Positions 13,477 to 26,000 of a stretch of 64,000 bases of DNA are shown one piece after another. Numbering within the stretch: position 1 is the stretch's first letter; each line of letters opens with the position of its first letter. Location of the stretch: NCBI RefSeq assembly GCF_039654945.1, contig NW_027361924.1, positions 682,001 to 746,000 on the forward strand, in the 5' to 3' direction. This stretch comes from Dendrobates tinctorius. Its lineage: Eukaryota. The notes below the pieces were generated by a model that saw only the letters and a program-made list of their open reading frames with translations, did not search any database and was not told the DNA's origin. Made by a program: the position numbers and the translations under genes.

Positions 13477-16400
13477 ATGCCTCCTCAGACCATGGCCGGG
13501 CGCCATCCGTTGGAAGTCAAAGCTGTCGGCGTTCTTCGGAATGGGAAGTGGAAGGTAGCGTATTTCAGCCATTTGTTCTTCTCGTAGCAGTGCAGTCTAT
13601 AGCAATGCCAATAACAGAAACAGCGCCACACTGGTCCTCATGTTGTACCTGGTATTGCACCTCAAATCTATTAAAGTGTATGGTGCTGAGCTGTATACCA
13701 CATATAACCTGCTGGGGTGCTGTTTTTGGAAGAACACAGCCATGTTTTTAATAATTCTGAGCTTTTTTGCACTCATGGCAGTACCCCGGCTATGTACCTG
13801 CCTAGGAGTATTGGTAATGATTGCAATGCTGGCTGCCACCTTTATTAATCATATTAATATTTTAATATGATTTGGACATTTATGTTTATAGCCAAAGTTG
13901 TATTGATAGATCCAGAGATGCAACTATTCTGATTGGGGTATTTGGTATCGGCAGGGGCGACCTTACAGTGGGTGATTGGGAGGCGGTCGCACTCAGACAC
14001 TGGGCCGTAGGGGTACATAAGGTCCCTTTGTACTATATGAGAAGACTATTAAAGACCTGTGATAATTGGGGCCCACCAGCTAGAAGTTACGACACCAGGT
14101 GTCCGGAAGGCCTCTTTCCAGCTGATGACCCATTGGGCAACTTCTTCATAGGGTTTCACTTTGCCTTCGTCAGGAATAATGGAGTATTTCTTGATTTCTA
14201 ATTATTTTTATCCTCACTAACCTTGTTTTAGCCTCAGTAGTTATGTCTTGAAAACTCTCTAAGGCTACTGTTTAAACGAGTACTCTGTTTTGTCTACTTA
14301 CTAAAAGAGTCCTATAACGAGCCCCTACCGGGACCCCAAAATTCAGCTGTAATCTATGTGAAATCTTAATTTTCCTACAGCGCCACCACAGGAAAAATTA
14401 GGCCCACAGTGTCTATTGAAATCTATTGGTTGTCTGTGTAATGTAGGACAGGAGAGGTCCTCCAGAGCGAGAGATAGTCTTTAGACCGCTCTCCACTGTG
14501 GCCACGAAATAAGTATCAAGCAATGAACCCACAAATATGAAATCAATAGAATGTATGAAAATGGGTTTCCAAACTAAACAACCCCTTTAAATATGGTCGT
14601 ACTGTAAGCAGAAAGACTATAAATCATGAGGATTGCCTTCTTGATCCTTGAGGTCGCCATATGCCTACAGGATGCATGGCTCGGACTATAGGAGCACGAG
14701 CATTTTGGATGCAAGTTGGTTGAACCTAACGATTTCGGCAGGACCGACCAATCATCTGTTGCGTATGGGGTCCTTCCGCCTCCCCTCCAACAGATGGTGC
14801 CAGGAAAGATAAAAATCATGGAGCTTTCAGGGGAGAAGTCTGACAACAGCTCTCTTCCCTCTTGTTCAAACTCATGAAATCGATCTTACTAAAGGTGATG
14901 GAGGACTTCGGAGCCCTGACCTTTCTGGGCCTCAATGCCAAATCACATTGTGGCCCATGTGCGCTGCACCCCCTAAAGTTACACCCCTAGTAACAACGTG
15001 ATCCTGACAAATACACATGGCCGGCTATGTATAGATTTAGCTTCTTGCTTCAGTCCTTGCTGGGATTTGCAGTCCCCCCCAACTCACCCAAAAAAAGTGA
15101 ATTTTAGGTAATTTTTTTTTCTTTAACAGAGCAATATATTTTCAATTCTGTGGTCTGACCACAACGACATTGTCATCTACCGGACGTTTGAAGACTTCAA
15201 GAAGATGCACGTAAGTCACATTTCTGTCATCGTGTTGTGGTCCGAGAAGCCATCGTTTACATAGCAACCAATGACGCGTTGGCTCAATGAGTATCTATTA
15301 GGCGAGGCCTGGTCACGGAGGGGGGGGGGGAGGCCACGGAATCGCACTACAGTTGCCTTGTTTTAAAATCCGAGCTGTATCATGTAACCTGTGTCCAATT
15401 TTAGTCATATATTTTTTTTTAATTTCAAGATGAATGCTGAACAGGCAAGGGACAAGCATAGCAACCAATCAGCTGTCAGCTTTTATTTTTCACTGGGCCT
15501 TTGAAGAATGAAAGACGCGACCAGATTGGCTGCTGTGGGAAACTGCTCTTCTTTACTCTTTTACTCTCTTTGAGAGATGATAAAATCCACCAAATTTAGC
15601 AAACAGCACACATTCTAATCCAGAATTGTGCTATCTTGTGCCACTCATGTGAAAATCCCCATAACATGCATTACACGATGAAGATATAATTTATGCGCCA
15701 TTTCTATAAACACGGTAAAAAAGTGAAATGAATCTTTTGTTTTTTTACATATTCTTTGTTCATAGCGAGAATTAAGAAAAAAATTCCCGTTGGAATCCGG
15801 GTTACTTCGAAAATCGGAGAATATGATCCCGAAATTGAGAGGTAACGAACCCCGTCATCAATATCTGAGATCCATTAATGCCAAGGGGGTGCCATATAAA
15901 CACAGTCAAATTTAGGGGGTTCATTATCAGTCAGGGGTCAAAATGTGGAAATATCCTATCCAGAAGTTATTCACGTGACCGAGCCATAAATTGTGGATAG
16001 GATTCAGATCCCTAAATTAATAAGATTATTACATTTAAAAAAAAAAAAATTAACACCTAAAATGTGGAATAAATCCTATCCGGAATGTATGGTATTTACA
16101 TTTTTTGTCCCATTGGCAGATAATTATCTGTAATAAATGTTCGCCATAGCAATGTGCTGACACCAGAGGTGGCCGAGCCATTCCATAAAATGACTAATAG
16201 CATTGTGGACATTTCCTTTAACAGCAGCCACCCTGATGACTCACGTGCCGATTTCCTCTTCTTCCCTATAGACGTGCCGATCTTCAGGAAAAACAGGAGC
16301 AGCAGTCGCTTCATAGAGCGGCTGAGATTACTGGAGAGATTTTCGCAGGAGCTGCTGAAGACGGACAACAAAATCTCACAATGCAACGTGGTGACGACGT

Positions 16401-19395
16401 TCTTTACACCCAAAGACAGCGATCTTAACGCCACCTTCCCCGAAAACAGGTCTGTGCGCAGCGTGAGGATTCACATTTTATGGGCTCAGTTTTTAGGGGG
16501 CTGCCCAAAAATGGCCACTTTTTTTTGGGCGGAGTTTGCTCAATCCCCGACCTTTGTATTATGGTGCATCGGATCCTGGGAATATTAGAATTGCTGGCAA
16601 ATATGTTTTATATCACAAAATGAACTATACAAGTTAGAAGGGGACATGTTGTCTACTGTAATAGAATTTTTTTTAAAATGACCTACAAAGAAATTCATAG
16701 TAGGGAGTCTCCTATTGAGGACCCTCATCTAGTAACTGGAACGCAGCAGTTATAGGTTGCATCTAACTATGGAGGACCTATCCCGTCCATGCATTATATG
16801 GACAGACCATCTCAATAAACACTTTGCAATACTTATTTTTTCCTGTAGTGGCCGCTGTAGAGAATTGTAACACTTGCTTTTTATTACGAAGAGATTATGT
16901 GATCGCCGTCGATCACTGATTTTTACCATATTGCGTGGGTTTTCTTCAAATAAAACATAATATTCAATCCCTTTAAAGGGGATCTATCACCAAGTCAAAA
17001 ATGGCCAGATTTTCTTTTATTATCATTAGTTTTCAGAGTTTTTTGTTTTTAATTCCACCATAACGTTCCAGAGATATAGGATTTTTTTATGCTAACTTTT
17101 TTGGTCTATATTAATATTAATGCAGAGCAACCTAAAGCCACATCCCCACGAAAAAACAAAACACGTGAGCCACGCCCCTTTGGCAAAGACCATAAAAAAT
17201 AAGACTAAATAAAATGGTATATATCTCCGGGACCATATGGTGGATTTTAAAAATGCAAAAAATGGAATATTCAGGCAAGGTGGTGACAGGTCCCCTTTAA
17301 GACACAGAAGCTGCTGTACTAAGACTTGGAAATAAAATATAGTTTGTCTTTCTGGTTACAGTGTAGTGATATTGCCATCAGAAGTAAGAGAAACTCAGAA
17401 AAGAGAGCAGCCGAAACTACTACCACAACCACCAGCCTCCGAGCCTATTGTATCCCAGATGTACGTGTGTATCGAAGACTACGAAACCAAGGACACCAAA
17501 AACCGGCCCTTCAAAATCAAGTGCAGTGAGCAGCTGGGGGTATTGATCAAGGAAACCTCAGGTGAGACGTCACCAGCCGTTTATCAATAGATGTAAGTTC
17601 TAGGAATTACATCATGGAAGCCGTAATAACGCCCATTACATTATAGGGTGGTGGCTGGTGGAAAATGAAGAAAAACGAGTGGCCTGGTTTCCAGCTCCAT
17701 TCCTCAAAGCTGTAGAGGAAAAAGAAGAGTCAGATTCGGGAACAGAATCAGATGACGAAGGTAAACTACACACCCAGTGTTGTATTTTCTACTGGTGTAC
17801 GCTGCTTAAAAATAGTGGGAACTTAGATACTTCATTGCTATATAAAAAGAAAGAAAAAAAAAGCAAAACAATGCAAGAATTGTTTGCACCACTAGGTGGC
17901 AGATTAGAGACTATTGTACCACTCTTCTGTGTTCTTCATGGACTCAATCGACTCAAGAGCACAACATCTGGTCAGAGAAAGTACTGCAAGCAAAAAATAA
18001 TCAGCTGTGTTATGAAATATCATTATCAATTATTTTTGGGAGAGGTGAGGAGACCGAGACACTGCAGTTGTGGCATTAAGATTTTATTTTTGACTTTATT
18101 ATTATTTTTGATAGATAGATATGGATTTGTGCGGACATAGCAACGCCAAATGTTTTTTATTTCTCGATGGAGAAAATTGGAGGGATTCAAATTTAATTTT
18201 AATATATATATTATAGATTTTTTTTTAATTTTATTGTTTACTCTAGGGGACTTAAACTTGTGATCATGTGATTGTTTGTACTGTATACTGTAATTCTTCA
18301 GTATATAGCATTAAAAAAAAGGCCCGTGAAGCCCAGCCTTTCACGGAGAACCATGGAGTTAAGAAGTCCATAAAATATAACGTCCTGTACTTTTTTTTTT
18401 TTATTTTAACCAGGACTCCGTTACTATTCAACATCATCTTATGAAGCCATGAGCTGTGACGAACTGTCCATCTCCAGAGGGGTTGTAGTAGAAGTCAAGG
18501 AGAAGTCAAACAATGGATGGTGGCTAATCAGGTACCAAAATAGAATTGTTTTTTAGAAATAAATCCATCGCACAAAGGATTCTATATCTCATTAATATAG
18601 ATTTAGATAAAAAAAAGGTAGAAATATTATTTGAACAGGCCAGGTAATACCTCCCTTCCCCTGCGGGGGCGCTGCAGGGAAAATGAACACTTGCTGTATC
18701 AGCATAACTTCACTATATACTTGTAATAATAGATCTCTTATCTCATATTTATGAACAGGTACAATGGAAAATCCGGATATGTCCCAGCGATGTATTTGAA
18801 GCCCTACCGAAATTGTCACCAGCTCGAGTCCATGATGAAAGAAAGAGTCTTCTCGTCTACGGGAAACCTCTTCAAGGCCTCCAGCACCTTGGAGGTGAGC
18901 AGAGCAGAAGAATCATGGAGGGAATATGACCATCGTCCAGTTCTTAATGATGCAGAAAATAAACTGGACCGACGAAAATCCAGGTCAATCAGCGGCTTCC
19001 CACTGAACACTCAATACGGATTTCAACAACCTCCTGTGAGATTATCACCGGTGGGAAAAATTGGGGTGGTGGACCCAAGCTCGGAAACAGAAAAGAAGCC
19101 CAAGGTTCGGAAGATCGGAGCGATCAGAGATCCACCTGCTGCTTCTGAGCAACCAGCAATAGTCGTCAAAGAAGCCCCCATACCGCGACCGAGGAAGAAA
19201 AGTCTAGACGCACTGACTGTGGGAAGTGATCCCAGCAGCCCTAAAGAAACGAGCGGATCCCCAAACTCTCACCTTGTCTTTGATATTACCCCCCCGGTCC
19301 CACAACGGCCCAAACAGCATGAAATTATTAACAGTTGTACCTCTGTGACGAGGACAGCTTTAAAGAAAAGGGGGGACGCTCTCATGTATGGCTAA
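13477..19395 (+). CDS. noxo1: NADPH oxidase organizer 1 (PX domain, two SH3 domains, proline-rich tail), 8 coding exons
   Basis: Exons 13477-13554, 15130-15210, 15766-15841, 16272-16449, 17362-17561, 17647-17760, 18414-18531, 18759-19395, all GT-AG and phase-consistent. PX motifs FSILWSD..IYRTFEDFKKMH and KKFPLESG; SH3 motifs GWWLVE..AWFPAPFL and GWWLIRYNGKSGYVPAMYL. An alternative ATG lies at 13492. Convergent with TBL3, as in human. Confidence 0.93.
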
Positions 19396-20248
19396 ACACC
19401 GTAACATTGGGGGGGTTCATATTTTTAATATCTATATTTATTCTGTATATTTATTATTTCTGTGATTCACACTGGTGGAGAGGCGCGAAGGAGATCTATA
19501 TAGGATTTAGTATAACTGGAAACTGAACTTAAATCTTTGTTCATTCTATGCTTAAGAGTCCAGTGGGCGGGCCCAACAAGTAGAACCACCCACTGGACTC
19601 CTAAGGATGAGTTTGAATTTGAATGAATAAAGTAGAACTTCTGAGTTTTGTCCTACAAAACTATATATTAATCTGCTCAGTGCATGTATGCAGATCAGAC
19701 ACTAGGATCAATATGATAAGTCACCTTTAAAGGGGTTTTGGCCAGGGTGATATTAGATGTTTTTATCTATTTTGGGAGTTCAGTTAAATGGTTTGTCCAG
19801 AAAAGAGAGGTGCTGGACAATCCCTTTAACATTAAGCGCGTACATTCACAATGATCTTTATCTGATAAATCGGTATATTTTGAGCTTACATTGTATCAAT
19901 GAGAAATAAATACAATTTTGAATATAAACTGAGAGTTGTAAATTTCCATTATGTATCATCACAGCGGGAAATTCAGCGGCTTCTGTTATCTGCATTTCCA
20001 CTCTTCTCCACTGGGAAGCGCAATTTATTTCTCTACAGACTTCTATGCAACAGCGCCCCCAGAGGTAATCAGCTTAGACCTCACTTGGATTAAAACTAAA
20101 TTTACTTTTTCTTAGCCCAGTATGTTAGTATGTTATATTAAGACCCTTTAAACTTGACTTGATAAACCCACAGTAAAAAAAAAAATAATAATAATAAAAT
20201 ACCACTTATATACAACGCTATATAGTTTTTTTGGACTCACATTCTATT

Positions 20249-20256
<8 letters not shown>

Positions 20257-20321
<65 letters not shown>
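20257..20321. repeat. (TA)n microsatellite
   Basis: Pure TA run. Confidence 0.95.
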
Positions 20322-20325
<4 letters not shown>

Positions 20326-20766
20326 CTTTCTGCCAGCAGTCACCACTAGGGGGAGTTCACTGCATACAGTTTTATTATGTAGCCTAATGGAAAAACTGTA
20401 TACAAATGGCTCCATCTGGCGGCTGACAAAAATGGTGCTACTATTCTAGTTTCCAGCAATATATTGGCAGTCATTAGTCACTTGATGATCTTGAGAAATG
20501 AGAGATCGGAATAGATAAAATGTCTGTATTAAATATTCAAAATTAAGTGCCCCCCAAAAACGTTCATAGGAGGGGGCAGGCAGAAGTTTTAGGCCCTTTA
20601 AAAAAAAAAAAAATTTACATTGAACCAAAGAAACTGGAGCATGAAGCGTTTTTTTGGTAACTGCTCCACAAGCCATCCAGGATGGTGGATATGACCCCAG
20701 CAGGTCCGGGGGGAGGATTTTGGTAACTCCATACATGACTGTAGTCTCTGATGAATGATCCTGGCT

Positions 20767-23007
20767 TCAAGCCTTGCCATTTTCTTGCAAAGGAAGAGCA
20801 AGACAGGGCACAGGGACGGGCACGCTGTTCTTTTCCCCTGGCAGATCGGTCAGTCTCATATGCTGCCACATGAAGTCCACGAACATGGAAGCCTGCAGTA
20901 ACCTCCCCATCCTCTGCATGTGGCGCTCTGGAAGAAAACAAGCAACGTCATGACAGCATGCAAGAGGCATTGCCTGTAACGTGTCAGTGGTCGCCGTCCT
21001 CACCTGTGTAGGGTATGAGCGCCTCAACGCTGCCCCTGATGCCGCTGTACTGCAGCAGGACCTCGGGGGTCTCGTGCCGCAGCAGGATGCTCAGCACACA
21101 TTGGGCTTCGTGACAGTTGCGCGAGTTGGTGTTCCAGACGCTGCAGTATCTCAGGATGGACTCTGATGGGCAGACAAGGTCTTTATAGTATGATACATCT
21201 ACAAACAGCTCCACCCCTGTCTTCAGGTTGTGTGTGGTATTTCAGCTCGGCCACATCACTTTAATGGAACTAAGCCGCAATTCCAGACACAACCTGTGGA
21301 CAGGTGTGGCGCTGTTCGGGGGAAGACAGCAGACGATTTTCTAATGCAGGACAACACTTTTCAGGGCTGCGGGAGTGCTGCTGGGAAACAGAACACTTAG
21401 TAGCAGGTCTCTCTACAGATCACTGCTGATCTCTGGGGGCTTTAGAACAGAGATACTTTATGATCAGCTGATCATAACAGGAGGCTTCCAACTAGTAGGG
21501 TAAAGCGGAGGACCCCTTTAACATAGATGTGCATTTCTTTAAAAGAAAAAGGATATCAATGCCCCGCTGTTCTCAAAAGCATGATGCCCCAGTGATCCAT
21601 GGCCAATGTACGGGGAACACATGGCTATGAGACCCCAAAACCAGACGGGTCCCTCAGACATACGATTTACAGCAATTATCCCAATTACCTTTCTGGTCTT
21701 GTCGCAGCCTCAGAATATTTTTCTCCAGGTCGTCCTTCCCTTGTGGTTCTTGCAAGATGGCTGAAGGCAGAAAATAGGATGGAAGATGAAAACAGATCAA
21801 ACCTATCCCTTCAAACTACTAGTACAATTTAGCACAAAAGTGAACTGTGCTCCCGTTTCTTAAAGGGCCAGCACACCTAAAATCAGCAGTGTATTACGGA
21901 GAAAAGGCATGCATCAACTGTATCGATGTATGTAAATATATCTTTAAATGCAAAAACCTCAGTGACATTATCACTATGTCAAAAATAGGGTTTAGGGCTA
22001 TAAGTAGCCACCCTAGTCAGGAAAACACCTGAAACACCCACTCCAATAGGTATACATGCAAAGAGAAAATATGAGTAACTAGGTGAATATAATGAAAATA
22101 CGTCTTTATTAGTTAACATATGTATCACATAGTACAAAAATACAGAGAATAAAATGACACCACAGGATAGAAAAACAGAATAACCCGGGAAAAGCACCCA
22201 GCCACAAGATGTCAAGTAACACAGCAGTATATATAGAGTATAGCCACATCTATGTAAGTAACCAGTGTCTGCTAGTTCCCCATCTCCCCATTGGGAGATC
22301 ACTGCGCCACATTATAGATCCAATATGATCACCTAGTGTGCACAAATAGGTTTCACGTGGCCAGTTTGAAGAGATATCTTACCAGATATACATGGAGGCT
22401 GAGTAGTAGTAGATATATTGTGCTGTGCCTATATATCTGTAGGCACAGCACAATAAGGCACAGTGGTCCCCCATTGTACAGGGGAATTCTAGCACAGCTC
22501 CAGCAATAAATCCTTGCTTAAACGGGTGGCTAAAGGCAAAATTGTGCAAGCAAACCCAGTGCTGAATCAGAGCGATGTTCCGTAATTTTCTAATGTGTGA
22601 GGGTCCCAGAAATCTGACCCCGATCATAAAAGTGATTTCATATCCTATAATAAAGACAAACCCCTTTAAAGGGGACTTGTCACTTGCCATAAAGATGTAT
22701 TTTTTTTACCTGGTGTAAATGCTGATTGTCTCCTGAATCTGGCAATGTTTTTGTTTTTTTTCCTGCGCTTCTCCTTTCCTGAGATATGGCACCCTCTTTC
22801 CTGTATGTAATTCTAATCTGGAAGTTCAGTTGGGAGTGGTTCTAAGGATGCCCACGCCCACTTGGCTACAAATGCTGAATTTATATACAGGTGTGAAGGG
22901 TCATATCTCAGGAATGGAGAAACGCAGGAACAAAAGAAAAACATCGCTGGATTCAGGAGAACAGCGGCATTTACACCAGGTAATATAACATATATATCTA
23001 TATAATT

Positions 23008-23089
<82 letters not shown>

Positions 23090-26000
23090 TTCATTGCAAA
23101 TAACAGGTCTCCTTTAAGGGTTCTTTCAGAAGTATATATTGCTGGCCTATTCTCCAAACTGCAGGTGGATGTGCGACTGGTGAGAGTCTGATCCCATGGA
23201 AATTCAATTACTCAACACATTGAGAAACACGTCATCCATTAGCTACTTTTAAGTGGCTGACAAGAGAGATCAAAAATCGCATTTAACCATACAAAACAAT
23301 TTGGGTTTAGGGCCATTAAGCCCTGGTGAACCCTCATCACTCAAAGGGTTAAAAATTGGCACTATGCTACCCACCTTTTATGACTCTGAGAACAGTATGA
23401 GGCTGGTCTAAGGAGATCGCTAGGCCCAAAGCCTTGAGGAATCTCTTCTCGTGTAGAAGATTCGACAGTTCCTGTTGTCTTGGAAGAAAAAAAAACACAA
23501 GGTAATTAGGATCATGGCCAATAGGAGACCGGCATATAATAAGCAGGACTATTATAAGACTCACTGCAAGATTTCATTCTCCTGCTTTGCCTGCTCCTCT
23601 GCCAGCTCTACCTCCGTGACGTCCTGCACAGAAACGAAAAAAAGGGTGACCACGTGAGAGCTCAGTCCGCCATAGGCAAAGACTTTAAATGGGCGGAATA
23701 TGGTAATTTAGATTATACGTCCACTTAAAGGGTGTTCCAATAGTGCAGCAGGATGGGGCTTAGAAAGTCACACGATTTGCTATGTGAGGGGTAAGATGTC
23801 TGCTCACCTTCCACAGGACAATGCTGGAATCTGCTGATCCAGTCACCACAGCGCTGTCCAGTCGGTTCCTATGAAGCCCCCAGACTTTATCCTCATGACC
23901 GTCCAGTGTCTTAACGCACTCATTAGTTTTAATGGTCCAAAGTTTCAGCAGACCATCGGAGCCACTGAACAATGAAGGGTTAAAGGGTTATTCAACATTT
24001 TTATAAATGGGAATGGTCGGATAGAGCTCGTAAATACAAGCACTTTTGCAATTTACGGCTTGTTAAAATTTTCAGCCACTCTCGAAATATTAACACTTTT
24101 CTTTTGTTTATAGCTCATTGCCTTGGAGACCGACCACTGCTGCTAGAGAGCAGAACATGCACAATGCTCATCAGCGCTTTTCTATTGAGCTTTTAAGCAC
24201 CGTTTTGAAACTGGCTGGACCACGCTGCTACCTCCTAATCCCGGTCAGCTTGAGCACAGTGCTTACAAGCTAGACAGCAACGGTGGTCGGTCTCCTAGGT
24301 AACAACCTGTAAACAAAAAAGAAAAAATGTGTTAATATCTCAAGAATGGCTGCAAATTCTAATCTGCGGTAAATGACAAATGTGCTTATTTTAACAAGTA
24401 GAATCTGATAATATCCGCATCTGAAAATGGAAATAATCCCTTTAAATCTAAGTATATGGTGAAGGAGGAGCACGAGCAGAGAGACGGCTCAGCGATTACC
24501 TTGTCAACAGCTGGGTGCCACGACTCACGAATACCATCTTCAGTACAGAGGCGTCGTGACCCTCAAAGGTCTGCGGGAGGGGAAATGAAGGGAGGGTAAC
24601 ATACAGTATAATGAAAATATATTGTACTCATGCTGGCAGTTGTACTACTCTGTATAGAGGAGGACATCACCTTTAAGCAGCTGAAGTCATGAAGACCCCA
24701 AACTTTGACGGTTCCATCTGCAGATGAAGTGCCTACAACTTGGTCCACAGGTGAGAACTGCACGCACCACACGCCTCGCTTGTGTCCCCTGAAGACGCCC
24801 ATAAGAGAGAGATCGGTCGACGACCAGAGCTTGGCGGTTTTATCTTGAGACCCAGAGACGATCAGCTTGTCGTTGGGAGAGACCGCAACGCTGTTAATAT
24901 CCTGGAGGAGGAAAAGGGGGATCATATAAAATGTACACAATACATAGAGTTTGGACTTGCGGTTTGAAGGACAGGGCAGAGTTGAGAGTTACTCCGAGGC
25001 AGCGGATTTCAGGTGTGGGAGAGAGTGTGATGCCATTAACAAAATAGATAGGTCGGGTAGGGGAGATACGCGAGATGGAGAAAAGATGATGAGTTCGGTT
25101 TTGTCTACATTGAGTTTTAGGAAGCGAGAGGTGAAGGAGGATATGACTGATGGATACTCCGGAATTATGGGCAGCAGAGATGGGACATCTGGGCCAGAGT
25201 GTTAGATATGAGTGTCATCCGGATACAGGTGGTACTGGAAGCCATGGGAATTTATGAGTTGTCCTAGTCCAAGGGTATAGATGGAAAAAAATAGGGGCCC
25301 CAGGACAGAGCCTTGACTGTCTCCAACAGAGAGAGGGCGGGATGAAGAGGTAGTGTGGGAGTTGGAAACCCTAAATGTGCGGTCAGAAAGGCAATCCAGG
25401 ACACGGAAAGGTCTTTGGTGCCTAGGGAAGAAATAATCTATAGCAGTAGGCAGTGGTCGACTGTGTCGAAGGCAGAAGACAGGTCGAGAAGGAGGAGGAT
25501 GGAGAACTGTCTGTTAGCTTTGGCTGTAAATCATTAGTAATTTTGGTCAGGCCAGTTTCGGTGGAGTGGTGGGGGCGGAAGCCAGATTGGAGGTTGTCAA
25601 AGAGAGAGTTAGATGAGAGGTTGGAGGAAAGTTGAGCATGGACATGCTGTTCAAGGAGTTTGGAAGCAAACGGGAGCAGTTATATGGGGCGATAGTTGAG
25701 CAGAGCAGTTGGGTGAAGGTTAGTTTTTTGCGGATGGGTGTGACGGTGGCATGTTTTGAAGGCAGAGGGGAAGGTACCAGAAGATAGCGATAGGTTGAAG
25801 AGATGGGTTAGGGCTGGAATGAGCGTGTTCGTGAGGTTGTGGAGCAGATGGGAAGAGATGGGGTCAAGTGCACAGGTGGTGATATATGACTTGGAAAGGA
25901 GGTGACTAAGCTCTCCTTCAGTGATGTTGGAGAGGGAGGTTAATAGGGAAAGGCAGAGGTCTGGTATATGGAGCGGTTGAGGTAGTAGAACAATAAATGT

